From positions 62,001 to 126,000 of the forward strand of contig NIVC01002515.1 in assembly GCA_002269645.1 (NCBI GenBank): a DNA stretch of 64,000 nt, in the 5' to 3' direction. The notes below the pieces were generated by a model. That model was not told where the DNA came from and ran no database searches. It saw only the letters and a program-made list of their open reading frames with translations. Positions 1 through 54,410 of this stretch are shown piece by piece (the first letter of the stretch is position 1; every line of letters starts with the position of its first letter). This DNA comes from Macrostomum lignano (taxonomy: Eukaryota). The translations under genes and the position numbers were made by a program.

Positions 1-1666
1 AAGCTAATAGCTTGTCCATATATCCCTGAAAAATTGCCGGTGCCTGTTTGACACCATAAGCAAGGGCTTTGGGCTGATATAACCCGAAAGGGGTGCTCAG
101 AGTTAGGATGCTTCCAGACGCATCGTCTACTGGTAACTGTAGGTAAGCGTTCGTCAGATCGAGAACAGAGAAGATCTTGGCTCCACCCAACTGGCTCAAC
201 ACATCTTCAATGCATGGGGTGGTTGAGACCATATCGCATAGGGATTTGTTGACAGTCACCTTGTAGTCGCCGCATATGCGTATTTTTCCACTCTGCTTTC
301 TCACAACCACAATCGGCGTTGCCCATTCGCTCTGATCAATCTTCTTCAGAATTCCTTCACTTTCCAGGCGGTCCAGTTCCTGTTTCACACTCTCTCGAAT
401 GCCGTATGGTATAGGTCTTGGCTTGAGAAACACGGGTCTGGCTTCGTCCTTTAAAACTAGATGTGCTTCGAAATGCGTTACCTGGTAAATATTCAGGTGC
501 GGCTCAAGGGCGTGCATCCACTCAAGCCCATAGATGTTCGGAGCTCCTGGCCGATCCACGATGAAGATAGGAAGCTGTGTTGTGATGCCGTTGAACTGCA
601 CTGTGACGATCGACTTACCAAACAGCGGGACTGCACAGCCCTGATAGTCCTTAAATGTTCTGTCGGCTGGCATAACATCTGTCCTCTGTGACAGTTGTTC
701 GAATGAGTGTTTGGATACCAATGAGGCATCCGCACCCGTATCAAACACCATTTCAACACTTGTGCCGTTAATACTCACTGTGCGCAAAATTCTCTGCTTG
801 CTGGTTGTCATGGAGAATATCTTGTCGCATTGATCCTCTTCACACTTCTCCATTGATGGTGATTGCAGCACTAGTCGAACCCTTGAAGACTCTCGGTGTC
901 TTTCGGCCTTTGTCTTCGAAGCTCTGCAGACAGATCTCAGGTGACCCAATTTTCCGCAGCTATCACACTTCAAGGATTTGAATCGGCATTCACTCTTTAG
1001 ATGACCAGGTTTCCCACAGCAGTAGCAAGTGACCTGCTTGGCGTTCTTGTCCTCACTCGTGGGTTTTTGTGAACGTTTCCTTCCGGCTTCGCTGCCTTTT
1101 TGCGGTCGACCACTTGTCTGACGCATCTGCAGTACATTCAAGCCGGTCATGTCTTTCTCCCCACGCTGGACCGCTTCGCAAGCCGCAGCTACCGCCGTTA
1201 CCTTGTCCCACGTCAGGTCTTCGATTTTCTCAGACAGTAGCTTCCGCAGAATCTCTTTACTCTGGAGTCCAAAGATAAACTGATCTCTGAGCCGGTCTGC
1301 CGAATCGGTAAATTTGCAGGCTTCGGACAGCTGCTTCAGCCTCCTGCTGTAAGTGGCTATGTCCTCATTGTTCTCCTGCTTCGCTTTATGGAACTCGTAG
1401 CGGCTTGCAATCACAGATTTCTCACCTTTGACCTCTTTGGTGAGCAGCTTGCTGAGCGTATCAAAGTCCTTGGTGTCCAACTTATCGGGCAGCACCGCAT
1501 CAGCAAGGAGGTTAAAAATTCGCTTGCTGAGCAGCGCCAGAAAAGCGTTGCGCTTTTTGTCGTCTTTCCAGTCATTCAGCGTTGCGCAGATTTCGAATCG
1601 CTGCAGCCATCGGTGGGGGTCCTCGCTCTCTTCTAGCGGTTCGATGGTTGGCAGCCTCGTCGCCAT
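1..1666 (-). mobile_element. Ty3/gypsy (Mag-like) LTR retrotransposon gag-protease-RT ORF, truncated by window edge
   Basis: Hand translation from ATG 1666 to base 2: gag start MATRLPTIEPLEESEDPHRWLQRFE; two CCHC knuckles (CYCCGKPGHLKSEC, CDSCGKLGHLRSVC); protease VFDTGADAS; RT motifs WATPIVVVRKQSGKIRICGDYK, LDLTNAYLQL, YGVKQAPAIFQ. Missing from ORF track because it has no stop inside the window. Confidence 0.95.
1655..1665 (-). promoter_or_regulatory. Primer-binding site TGGCGACGAGG, complementary to the 3' end of tRNA-Ser(GCU)
   Basis: Starts 1 nt after the LTR-terminal CA; matches the CCUCGUCGCCA 3' end recalled for metazoan tRNA-Ser(GCU). Confidence 0.7.
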
Positions 1667-1845
1667 TGTTAGCTCGGAGTCGATTATTGAATCACTTTCA
1701 CTTGACAATCAAGCTGCATGCTCTCGCGGCTTACTTTGCCTTCTTTCGTTCTTTTTTATTTTCTTTAGCGCTGCCTTTGCTCATTACAACTCTATGGGTT
1801 TGGCCAAAGACAGCATACCGACGCACACACAAGCCGATACTAACA
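1667..1845 (-). mobile_element. 5' LTR (179 bp) of the gypsy element
   Basis: Bounded by inverted termini TGTTAG...CTAACA, contains AATAAA on the minus strand, and is followed after 1 nt by the PBS. Confidence 0.8.
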
Positions 1846-3877
1846 CTTTGAAGGATTCCTTTTGAATGTTTAGATATATACAATTATAGGCCTACTAAAA
1901 TTATTTAATTTTTTGATAGCCTAATAAAATGGATCCAGGACTATTTGTCTGTCTTAGGCAAATGGCCAGTGGACTATTTGTTTGCTAGTGCTAAATAATA
2001 GATGTGATGATGTATGATTAAGACCACCATATACTAAGATCACTACAGTTATTAGGCATACTGGCTACTAGTATTAAGGGGGGGGCTACCAATCTTCTAG
2101 CATTGCTATTCCTCTCATAGCCCCATAGGTTTCTTTCTTGCAGCCTTGTCCTTTTACCACTATCTAATAACACATTAAGCCAAATTTATCCTTTAGCTCC
2201 CCCTAGTGTGGCAGTCTTGGTCCTATACCAATATGGTAACTGACATAGGTTTCTGGACACTTTGGTGACAAGACGCTTCTGCGACAGATGTTTATCGCTT
2301 CGGCAACAAGTCATATTGGAACAGACATTGCAGTAACTTATAGCATATTAGAGTTCCTAATTTTGTTATAATTGTTTAATGTATCACTCAAAAATGCCTA
2401 TGCACTAGCAGCGCTAAACTCAGAATTTCCAAATATTCTGAATATGCTAAAAGTGTTTTCAAATGCATCACAAAGGGCAAAAATGCATAATAGTATAAAG
2501 CTTCATTCAAAAATTCTAAGAAAGTATTGGGCTTTTAACAAAGCTAAGTTTTTATTTGTTTTTGGACTATTTGTAAATATAATTTAGAAATAATGAGACT
2601 ATAATTAGAAAAACATAAATGAAAAACATTTTAGAATTGTCTTGCTTATTAGCACAACACCTTGAAAAAAAATTAATTTGGACCATTTTTCTATCTGCAC
2701 TATTTGTCTGGATAATTTTTGGTTGCAATATTTTAAAATATAAACTATTTGTTTATACTTCATTATTTGTTATTTGTTAGTTGTTTTAGGCCTAGTTATA
2801 AATGTATTCAATTTTTGTTTATTTGTCTTTATCAAGATTCAAGTTATTATCAAAAATGACTTATATATTTAAATTTTGGTTTATATAGGCCAAAATTTTG
2901 GTTGTGGTTTATAAAATTTTGTGGATAAAGAGCAAAGTGTATATTTGATTTTTATCATATTATGCACAACTTCTAATGTGAATTGGTCATATTACAAAGC
3001 ATACATGCTTAACTTTGAAAATTTATCTATTCATGTGACTTTCTTTTTGACCAAAACATGATTTACCTATGAAAGAAATCAAAGGCACATAATTTTGGTT
3101 AAATGGCAGAAGTAACTATGACTATATTTTTTAGGCTAAATGCCTTATTATCTAATTAGTCATAGTAGGCCTTCTATGTCTGTGTTTATATTTTTGGGTT
3201 GGCATTTTTGCAACTTACCTTGGCTAGACCTCTTACCATCTAGCCAAATTAGCCAAGTTGGCTAGGTGTTGGACATGTTACAAAGTTTATTAAATATTGA
3301 CTAAAAATGCAACTTAGTATTATGACTTATCCAAAAACAAAATAAAAATATTTAAATTTGTCATATAATATTTTCAATAATAAAAGTTAATTTTTGTGAT
3401 TTCCATTAGTCTATTATGATTTATTTCAGTTAAATTAGCTAGGTTTTTAGACATACACATAGACCCCATAGTTTGAATTTAAAGGTGGCTTAGGAATGGA
3501 GATTAATATTAAATTAATTTTGGGTATACTACTAAATTGAGTAGTATACATGTATTTAATATTAACAATTTGCTTTATTTTTGTAAAAAGTTGCTATTGA
3601 TGGTATAAATGCTTGATAAATAAAAAAAGGAAGCAATTTCAATTTTCAGTTTTAATTTACCTTTACCTTTTTTGCAACATTGTAAAATGTCACTGTATTG
3701 TAATTCTGTAGCATATAGCCACTTTATTTGGGCATTAATACCTGACCTCTTTAAGACTATGGGTCCCTATTCATGCTTTGTCATTATTTAAATTTTGCTT
3801 AGTTTTACATTTCCAATTTATTGTTTTACTTATTTTATTTGAACAAAAATTTCATGCTCAGATTATTCACAGTTGCC

Positions 3878-6011
3878 ATGCCAACTAGCAGCTGTCACAG
3901 TGTTAGCAGCATGTGGTGCGGTATCAATTCTACACTTTGTTTCACTGCCACCAGCGCCGCCAGAGTCAGCGTCTGGCGGCGTTGCCTAGCAACCATGGCA
4001 ACCACCGCCACGGTGCATTCCATTGCCGGAGTGCCAGTTGGGACCAGCGGCGCCAGCTTCTCCTGGCGGATGGCCGTGCTGGAACCGCACACCCGGTGCC
4101 CTCTGCCGGGCGGTGTTGGCATCGGCCACGAGGACTTCGATCACCAGCTGCTGGCTGAGCGAAAGCGTGCCGCTGCCGCCGCCACTGCTCCGCCACCGTT
4201 TGTTCTGCCGCCCTCCGCCCTGCCTGCCGTGTCTGTGCTGCCGCCCTGTCTGGATAGCGAGCGGTCCAAGACTGTGCAGGAGGCCTTCAATCTGGTGGGT
4301 AAACCTTGCTGCAGCAGATCCTCACTTGCTGGGCCAGCCTTCTAAATTCTCAGTTGCTGGCCACCAGCCTCCCAAATCCTCAGTTGCTGTGTTGCTGGGC
4401 CATCAGCCTCCCAAATCCTCAGTTGCTGGCCATCAGCCTCCCAAATCCTCAGTTGCTGGCCACCAGCCTCCCAAATCCTCAGTTGCTGCGTTGCTGGGCC
4501 ATCAGCCTCCCAGATCCTCAGTTGCTGGCCACCAGCCTCCCAGATCCTCAGTTGCTGGCCACCAGCCTCCCAAATCCTCAGTTGCTGGCCACCAGCCTCC
4601 TAAATCCTCAGTTGCTGCGTTGCTGGGCCATCAGCCTTCTAGATCCTCAGTTGCTGGACCAGCCTTCTAGATCCTCAGTTGCTGGACCAGCCTTCTAGAT
4701 CCTCAGTTGCTGGGCCAGCCTTCTAGATCCTCAGTTGCTGGGCCAGCCTCCCAGATCCTTAGTTGCTGGACCACCAGCCTCCCACAGTGTCAGTTGCTGG
4801 GCCAGCCTCCCAGATCCTCAGTTGCTGGACCACCAGCCTCCCACAGTGTCAGTTGCTGGGCCAGTTTCCCAAATCCTCAGTTGCTGGGCCAGCCTCCCAC
4901 AGTGTCAGTTGCTGGGCCAGCCTCCCAGATCCTCAGTTGCTGGACCACCAGCCTCCCACAGTGTCAGTTGCTGGGCCAGCCTCCCAGATCCTCAGTTGCT
5001 GGACCACCAGCCTCCCACAGTGTCAGTTGCTGGGCCAGTTTCCCAGATCCTCAGTTGCTGGGCCAGCCTCCCACAGTGTCAGTTGCTGGGCCAGCCTCCC
5101 ACAGTGTCAGTTGCTGGGCCAGCCTCCCACAGTGTCAGTTGCTGGGCCAGCCTCCCACAGTGTCAGTTGCTGGGCCAGCCTCCCAGATCCTCAGTTGCTG
5201 GGCCAGCCTCCCAGATCCTCAGTTGCTGGGCCAGCCTTCCAGATCCTCAGTTGCTGGGTCAGCCTCCCAGGTCCGCAGTTGCCGAGCTGGCCTCCCAGAT
5301 CCTCAGTTGCTGCCATGCCAGACCCAGTCTCCCAGATCCTCAATTGATGAGCCAGTCTCCCAATATGTGATTTTTCACTAACTGACCGAAACATCTTTAT
5401 AAGCATTATTATTACAGTGGCATCCTTCTGTTATCACGTGACCATACCCCCAGGTGGAGGAGACCTTCCCAGTCGGCTCCTATCCCCGAGCCGCCGCAGG
5501 TGTCGAGTTCTCCCTGGCCGCCTGTCCCCAGGTGCTGAAGAAACACCTGACCGCACTGTTCCCTAGGCGAAGCCTGGACAGCCTCACAGTCATCACCGTT
5601 GCTCATCGAGGTCGAGACGCCGCCCAGCCTCCCAGCCAGCTGCATCAGAGCCTGCTCGACTCCCTAGTCATGACTGCCAGCGAGATCTGTCAGGCTCTCC
5701 GGCAGGAGGGCTTCTGGTCGGACTTCATTGACCCGGCCAATGGGCGGCCATTTTTAACTGCCGACGCTGCTTCTACTAGTAGCAGCAACGATCAGGCGCA
5801 GCAAGCAAATTCTGGCATAGATTTTGAAATCACCGATCTCGGCTTCTGTAAGCTGGTGCTCCATCGTCAGTCGCAACAGATACGGCTGTACCAATCAGAC
5901 CAGGCCTCAATAGGTAGCCAGGTGTTCACGGATGCGCCTCCCGATCATCCGCTGCTGTTGAATCTGATTAAACCGCAGCAGGGTTCTTCTTCATCTTCGA
6001 AATCCTCCTAG
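3878..6011 (+). CDS. MMADHC: Cobalamin trafficking protein CblD (MMADHC), 2 exons: 3878-4294 + 5454-6011, ~324 aa
   Basis: [57 protein letters not shown] and [11 protein letters not shown] match the CblD family. Phase-0 intron GTGGGT...CCCCAG. An acceptor at 3871-3872 precedes the ATG. Confidence 0.85.
4310..5360. repeat. Minisatellite (~21-30 bp, CAGTTGCTGGGCCAGCCTCCCAGATCCT) filling the MMADHC intron
   Basis: Direct inspection. Confidence 0.95.
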
Positions 6012-6169
6012 AAGAGATTTTAATTATGGAATTCTTTTTTGCCCACTTAACTGAGAACTGTAGAGCTGAGAGATGACTCTGGTGTGTTGTATATTTTTTA
6101 TTGTTCTTTAGTTCTCAGAAGTCTAATATGCGGCCACCAAAATCTGGATTGTTTACTCAACCAGCTCTC

Positions 6170-6540
6170 CTAAAAAATCTCAAAATCGCCTTTAGATATA
6201 CCTAACAACCGACCCTGAATCTAACCTAAAAACCGCCCCTAGATCTACCTAAAAACCGCCCCTAGATCTACCTAAAAACCGCCCATAGATGTAACCTAAA
6301 AACCACCCCCTTAAATCTAACTAAAAATCGCTTCTAAATCTAAACTAAAAAGTATCTTTAAATCTAACCTAAAACTCCCCTAAATAGACCTAACAACCGC
6401 GCCTAGATCTAACCTGAAAACCGCCTATAAATTTACCTAAAAACTGACCCTAACTATACCTAAACATCGCTCCCAAATCTACATAAAATCGGCACTAAAA
6501 ACTACCTAAAATCTGTTCTAAATATACCTAAAAGTTGTCA
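6170..6540. repeat. Degenerate ~23-bp array (AAAACCGCCCCTAGATCTACCTA)
   Basis: Direct inspection; reverse complement resembles the 7290-8690 unit. Confidence 0.8.
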
Positions 6541-7289
6541 CTAAATCCGTTTACAAGCGCCTAGTGAACCAGTGGGTATCTACTTTCTGTAACACGAGTG
6601 ATTGATTAAGTTAGAAAGAATATTCTTGGTAATTTCAGTTAGTAAATTATTAATAACTTGTTAATTTAAATCCCTCATCGCTTTTGCGTCAGTCAGTCGA
6701 GAGGGCGCTACCTTTAAAGTGTTTTATTAATATTCTTTGTGTATGTAAATATGGTATCATTTTCTTTAATTGCTTAAACGTATGGAAAATGTTTCAATTT
6801 TATTTCTTATTCAGGGTAAACGGCGCGAGTAACCATGTCTTTGCTTTTGGCTGCTAAACCGTCGTTATCTAATTGGCGTATGAATTTAAGGAATGTATGG
6901 AATTGCATAAATGGTTAATAAAGTGACTGTTTGTTTCACTAGAAACGGGTGCTCTTTCAGTGAGGTTAATTAATTGTTTATCTCTTTGTCATTAAAAATG
7001 CAATCTTTGTGACTAATGCAGAAAAAGAGTGTACCATTGAAATGCCAATGTTCTAAACTCAGCGAAAGTCCCAACTGACTTTTGCTTTTGCGTCTTTGAC
7101 AAAATTTATGGCAAAATATACGATTTTAAGTAACTATATTTTAGTGGCTGTTATGCAAAAGTATCCTTTCAGTTCAGAAGTTCAAGTCCATGCTAGTTTG
7201 AAACTTTTTGCTTCTTTCCTGTTTAAACTTTCTAAGGCGTGACTTTAGACCCGGTTTTGTGGTTTAGGCGTGGTTTTCATTAGGTAGTC

Positions 7290-8690
7290 TAGGACCGATT
7301 CCATTAGTGTAGTCTAGGGCCGATTCCATTAGTGTAGTCTAAGGCCGATTCTATTAGTGTAGTCTAGGGCCGATTCCATTAGTGTAGTCTAGTGCCGATT
7401 CTATTAGTGTAGTCTAGGGCCGATTCCATTAGTGTAGTCTAGGGAAGATTCTATTATTTTAGTCTAGGGAAGATTCTATTATTTTAGTCTAGGGCCGATT
7501 CTCTTAGTGTAGTCTAGGGCCGATTGTCTTGTGTAGTCTAGGGCCGATCCTCTTAGTGTAGTCTAGGGCCGATTCCATTAGTGTAGTCTAAGGCCGATTC
7601 TATTAGTGTAGTCTAGTGCCGATTCTATTAGTGTAGTCTAGTGCCGATTCTATTAGTGTAGTCTAGGGCCGATTCTCTTAGTGTAGTCTAGGGCCGATTC
7701 TATTAGTGTAGTCTAGGGCCGATTCTATTAGTGTAGTCTAGGGCCGATTCTCTTAGTTTAGTCTAGGGCCGATTCTCTTAGTGTAGTCTAGTGCCGATCC
7801 TCTTAGTGTAGTCTAGGGAAGATTCTATTATTTTAGTCTAGGGAAGATTCTATTATTTTAGTCTAGGGAAGATTCTATTATTTTAGTCTAGGGAAGATTC
7901 TATTATTTTAGTCTAGGGCCGATTCTCTTAGTGTAGTCTAGGGCCGATTGTCTTGTGTAGTCTAGGGCCGATCCTCTTAGTGTAGTCTAGGGCCGATTCC
8001 ATTAGTGTAGTCTAAGGCCGATTCTATTAGTGTAGTCTAGGGCCGATTCTATTAGTGTTATAGTGTAGTCTAGGGCCGATTCTCTTAGTGTAGTCTAGTG
8101 CCGATTCTCTTAGTGTAGTCTAGGGCCGATTCTATTAGTGTAGTCTAGGGCCGATTCTTTTGTGTAGTCTAGGGCCGATTCTATCAGTGTAGTCTAGGGC
8201 CGATTCTCTTAGTGTAGTCTAGGGCCGATTCTCTTAGTGTAGTCTAGGGCCGATTCTCTTAGTGTAGTCTAGTGCCGATTCTATTAGTGTAGCCTAGGGC
8301 CGATTCTATCAGTGTAGTCTAGGGCCGATTCTATTAGTGTAGTCTAGGGCCGATTCTATTAGTGTAGTCTAGGGCCGATTCTTTTGTGTAGTCTAGGGCC
8401 GATTCTATCAGTGTAGTCTAGGGCCGATTCTCTTAGTGTAGTCTAGGGCCGATTCTCTTAGTGTAGTCTAGGGCCGATTCTCTTAGTGTAGTCTAGTGCC
8501 GATTCTATTAGTGTAGTCTAGGGTCGATTCTCTTAGTGTAGTCTAGGGCCGATTCTATCAGTGAAGTCTAGGGCCAATTCTCTTAGTGTAGTCTAGGGCC
8601 GATTCTATTAGTGTTTGTCGTCTAGGGCCGATTCTCTTAGTGTTGCCTAGTGCTGATTCTATTAGTGTAGTCTAGGGCCGATTCTAGGGG
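7290..8690. repeat. 25-bp minisatellite (TTAGTGTAGTCTAGGGCCGATTCTA)
   Basis: More than 50 tandem copies. Confidence 0.95.
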
Positions 8691-9364
8691 TAGGTTCTGA
8701 ACGAATCTGTGCAGTCAAATCATGAGATTATTTAAAGTTACACGAGACTTGTAAAGTTGTTTCCGAATTAAGCTGTTTGATTTAGTATAACAGAAATTTG
8801 ACCTTTCAATGTAAGCTAGCAAATCTGCACTCTGCACTGCAGTTGGAACTGACACATACTTGACTTGAGTATAGCTTGTGCTCGTACAACATAGACTTGT
8901 GCTCGTATATGTGCAAGCGAAAATGTATAGTCAGGAAGCAAAGCGTACTCAATTCTATTCTCAAACAGTCTTTCCTCTCTTTCTCTAAGTCCTTTACATT
9001 ATTCCCTGACCCGTTCCACCCGGATTCCAAGGCAGAGCTGATCCGGTTTGGAACTGGAATTTCCTGCGGGAAGTGCGTTAATAATTGCACACAGCAACTT
9101 GACAGGCACGATTTTAAATTGACGGAATATGTGCGCTAGTGCTACTGACAATAAGTAGTGCTATTTATCAGTTTCAATTTATATTTTCGAAAAAAAAAAT
9201 TCGGTTAAAGTCTACTTAGACGAAAGTGGCTACTGTCTACTGATAATATGCATTGTCTACTGTTAGTAGCATGATGCATGCGGATATATATACATGTACA
9301 TGAAGTATGTTTCTCGGTACTGATATAAGTGTAAGAACCATTTTCTACCTATACGTGTCTGTCT

Positions 9365-9732
<368 letters not shown>

Positions 9733-9789
9733 TTGTTTGTCTGAGTACTAAGTTCACAGAAAAGTCAAATGTAGCACGCGAGCCAGAGC

Positions 9790-18679
<8,890 letters not shown>

Positions 18680-18984
18680 GCTGGGTAAAAACTCCTAGGA
18701 GCGCAATACAAGCAGTCTGGTATATAATTCTAGGCGTTTAAAATCCTGCGAGTTTCCGTTCCGGCACTGAACCTTCTTACTGCATGCCCTAAAAAGACTT
18801 CTGACTAACTGCGACACCCAGCCGATGCATCTGTTCATTGGGCAAACAAACCTGAAATCTTGTGGGGAGCGCGCCAATGAGCACAGATATAATGTCTGCC
18901 TGTCCGTCTTTCAGACCGGGGAGTGCTGCAGACAGAGGACTCGGAATGACAACCGAGAGCTCTGCTGATTGGAGCAATACAGCT

Positions 18985-19660
18985 CGTTTGAGTAGGGTAC
19001 CGTTTGGGTTTTAGTAGGGTGCGGTTTGATTTTGAGTAGGGAGCCGTTTGGTTGTGAGTAGGGTGCCGTTTGGTTTTGAGTAGGGAGCCGTTTGGTTGTG
19101 AGTAGGGTGCCGTTTGGTTTTGAGTAGGGTGCGGTTTGATTTTGAGTAGGGTGCGGTTTGATTTTGAGTAGGGTGCCGTTTGGTTTTGAGTAGAATGCCG
19201 TTTGATTTTGAGTAGGGTGCCGTTTGATTTTGAGTAGGGTGCCGTTTGGTTTTGAGTAGGGTGCGGTTTGATTTTGAGTAGGGTGCGGTTTGATTTTGAG
19301 TAGGGTGCCGTTTGATTTTGAGTAGGGTGCCGTTTGGTTTTGAGTAGGGTGCGGTTTGATTTTGAGTAGGGTGCGGTTTGATTTTGAGTAGGGTGCCGTT
19401 TGGTTTTGAGTAGGGCGCCGTTTGATTTTGAGTAGGGCGTTGTTTGATTTTGAGTAGGGTGCCGTTTGGTTTTGAGTAGGGCGTTGTTTGATTTTGAGTA
19501 GGGTGCCGTTTGGTTTTGAGTAGGGCGTTCTTTGATTTTGAGTAGGGTGCCGTTTGGTTTTGAGTAGGGAGCCGTTTGGTTTTGAGTAGGGTTCTGTTTG
19601 GTTTTGACTAGGGTTCTGTTTGGTTTTGACTAGGGTTCTGTTTGGTTTTGAGTAGGGCGT
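18985..19660. repeat. 22-bp minisatellite (TGAGTAGGGTGCCGTTTGGTTT)
   Basis: Direct inspection. Confidence 0.95.
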
Positions 19661-19884
19661 TGTTCAAGCCCAGATGTCTATCTTAAGGTGTCCCTGACCT
19701 CTCTGTCTACACAAGTCAGAAGTTTTCCATTTGCTATCGAATGCGGGTCGATTCTGACTGGAGGTGAAGAAATTTTATCTCTAGGCTGAGGGAGTCACAG
19801 CATGGGGTCACTGGAACGTAAGGCAAGGCCAAGGAGCCCTCCGTTTATTATCTGGATTGCCAACTTTCATTTACGAACCCTTCT

Positions 19885-19944
19885 TAGTGTCTGTCTGTCT
19901 GTCCGTTTGTCCATCTGTCTGTCTGTCTGTCTGTCCGTTTGTCC

Positions 19945-20024
<80 letters not shown>

Positions 20025-20143
20025 GCCTGTCTTAGTGTCTGTCTGTCTGTCTGCCTGTCTGTCTGTCTGTCTGCCTGTCTTAGTGTCTGTCTGTCTGTCT
20101 GTCTGTCTGTCTTAGTGTCTGTCTGTCTGTCTGTCTGTCTTAG

Positions 20144-20176
<33 letters not shown>

Positions 20177-20191
20177 TAGTGTCTGTCTTAG

Positions 20192-20222
<31 letters not shown>

Positions 20223-20277
20223 GTGTCTGTGTGTCTGTGTGTCTGTGTGTCTGTGTGTCTGTGTGTCTGTGTGTCTG

Positions 20278-20320
<43 letters not shown>

Positions 20321-20335
20321 GTGTCTGTCTGTCTG

Positions 20336-20370
<35 letters not shown>

Positions 20371-20411
20371 GTGTCTGTCTGTCTGTGTCTGTCTGTCTGT
20401 CTGTCTGTCTG

Positions 20412-20442
<31 letters not shown>

Positions 20443-20457
20443 GTGTCTGTCTGTCTG

Positions 20458-20492
<35 letters not shown>
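19885..20492. repeat. (CTGT)n microsatellite
   Basis: Direct inspection. Confidence 0.95.
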
Positions 20493-20493
<1 letters not shown>

Positions 20494-20904
20494 GGTGCGC
20501 ATGCCACATGTGCCTCACAACAGTCTGACGAGACTGTGGGAAAGAGTTGTCAATCCAAAATATTTTCTGAGGCCTCCTTGACTCAACCAGCTCCTCCCCC
20601 CTCCATGGGACAAACACAGTCATTTTCTTTTTTAGAGCGGTTTGCTTTCTTGACTTTTCTCTCGGGGCTTTTTTATGCTGGCAGAAATTTGCTTTTCATT
20701 TCGCAGATATTCGCCGTCGTATTTGAGTTGGCTGGCGACTGGGGCGGGGCCACTGAGCTCTGCAGGTTGCCAGGTAAATAAAGATTTTTCACTACTGCCA
20801 TTTTTATTGCCGATTGCCGCAATGTCACAAGGAAGATTTCTTGACTGGGTTGCAACAGTATTGGGTCTGAGTGGCGACATGGAGTTGTGTTATGTACTCG
20901 TACC

Positions 20905-21692
20905 TAACAGGTGTGTGACACTGTCCTGTCTAACAGGTGTGTGACACTGTCCTGTCTAACAGGTGTGTGACACTGTCCTGTCTAACAGGTGTGTGACACT
21001 GTCCTGTCTAACAGGTGTGTGACACTGTCCTGTCTAACAGGTGTGTGACACTGTCCTGTCTAACAGGTGTGTGACACTGTCCTGTCTAACAGGTGTGAGA
21101 CACTGTCCTGTCTAACAGGTGTGTGACACTGTCCTGTCTAACAGGTGTGTGACACTGTCCTGTCTAACAGGTGTGTGACACTGTCCTGTCTAACAGGTGT
21201 GAGACACTGTCCTGTCTAACAGGTGTGTGACACTGTCCTGTCTAACAGGTGTGAGACACTGTCCTGTCTAACAGGTGTGTGACACTGTCCTGTCTAACAG
21301 GTGTGTGGCACTGTCCTGTCTAACAGGTGTGTGACACTGTCCTGTCTAACAGGTGTGTGACACTGTCCTGTCTAACAGGTGTGTGACACTGTCTAACAGC
21401 AACAGGTGTCTAACACTACCCTGTCTAACAGGTGTCTAACACTACCCTGTCTAACAGGTGTCTAACACTACCCTGTCTAACAGGTGTCTAACACTACCCT
21501 GTCTAACAGGTGTCTAACACTACCCTGTCTAACAGGTGTCTAACACTACCCTGTCTAACAGGTGTCTAACACTACCCTGTCTAACAGGTGTCTAACACTA
21601 CCCTGTCTAACAGGTGTCTAACACTACCCTGTCTAACAGGTGTCTAACACTACCCTATCTAACAGGGGTCTAACACTACCCTGTCTAACAGG
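20905..21692. repeat. Two adjacent related 26-bp arrays (TAACAGGTGTGTGACACTGTCCTGTC then TAACAGGTGTCTAACACTACCCTGTC)
   Basis: Direct inspection; abrupt switch of variant near 21400. Confidence 0.95.
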
Positions 21693-22180
21693 TACCGTTA
21701 TAAGCTACTTCAGCTACAGAAAAGTAGCTCTTAGAACAATCTCTAACCATCATATGCACTTTTTGTTAAGTAAATTTTCCTCAAAATGTTCAGCTCTCTG
21801 CTTCTAACATTCCAACTGCATGGCAGCAAAAATTTCCAGCTGCAGCTATGAAGGACTTCGTCTATCTGCCGAGAGCGCTGGCAGCTGTTTCACTAGCCAC
21901 TTTTTGCCTAGCAACAGTGTTAAGTTGGGGAAAAGACTCGTCTGAAGGGGAAAAAGCTGCATGATATGATGGTTGGGTGTCTTTTTTGCCACAACCGCCG
22001 CTGCCCTTAGGGCCGGACGGAACATGCTGGGTTGGATGCGTGTCTCCCTGACTTCAGTGAAGCGCCAGCCCCCTCAGGCGTCCTGGGAGATATTCCGAGT
22101 GTAAGTGGCCTCGCGCTGCTGCGGAAGGGGATGAGCGCCCAGCCCCAACCCCCGTATACCCTGGGAAATTGGCTGCTCAC

Positions 22181-54410
<32,230 letters not shown>

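Noticed and set aside
1850-3820. AT-rich block as a possible DNA transposon or Helitron (also 34950-36100)
   Set aside because: No TIRs, TSDs or transposase-like peptide were recognisable by eye.
9014-9053. ~12-bp hairpin downstream of the channel stop (miRNA or SECIS candidate)
   Set aside because: Too short for a pre-miRNA, lacks SECIS core motifs, and the gene has no in-frame UGA.
20540-21960. Possible terminal exons of the dynein-like gene (~21900 and ~20900 minus) and a plus-strand 67-nt exon at ~20710-20775
   Set aside because: Could not be chained unambiguously in phase or matched convincingly to a motif; left unannotated.
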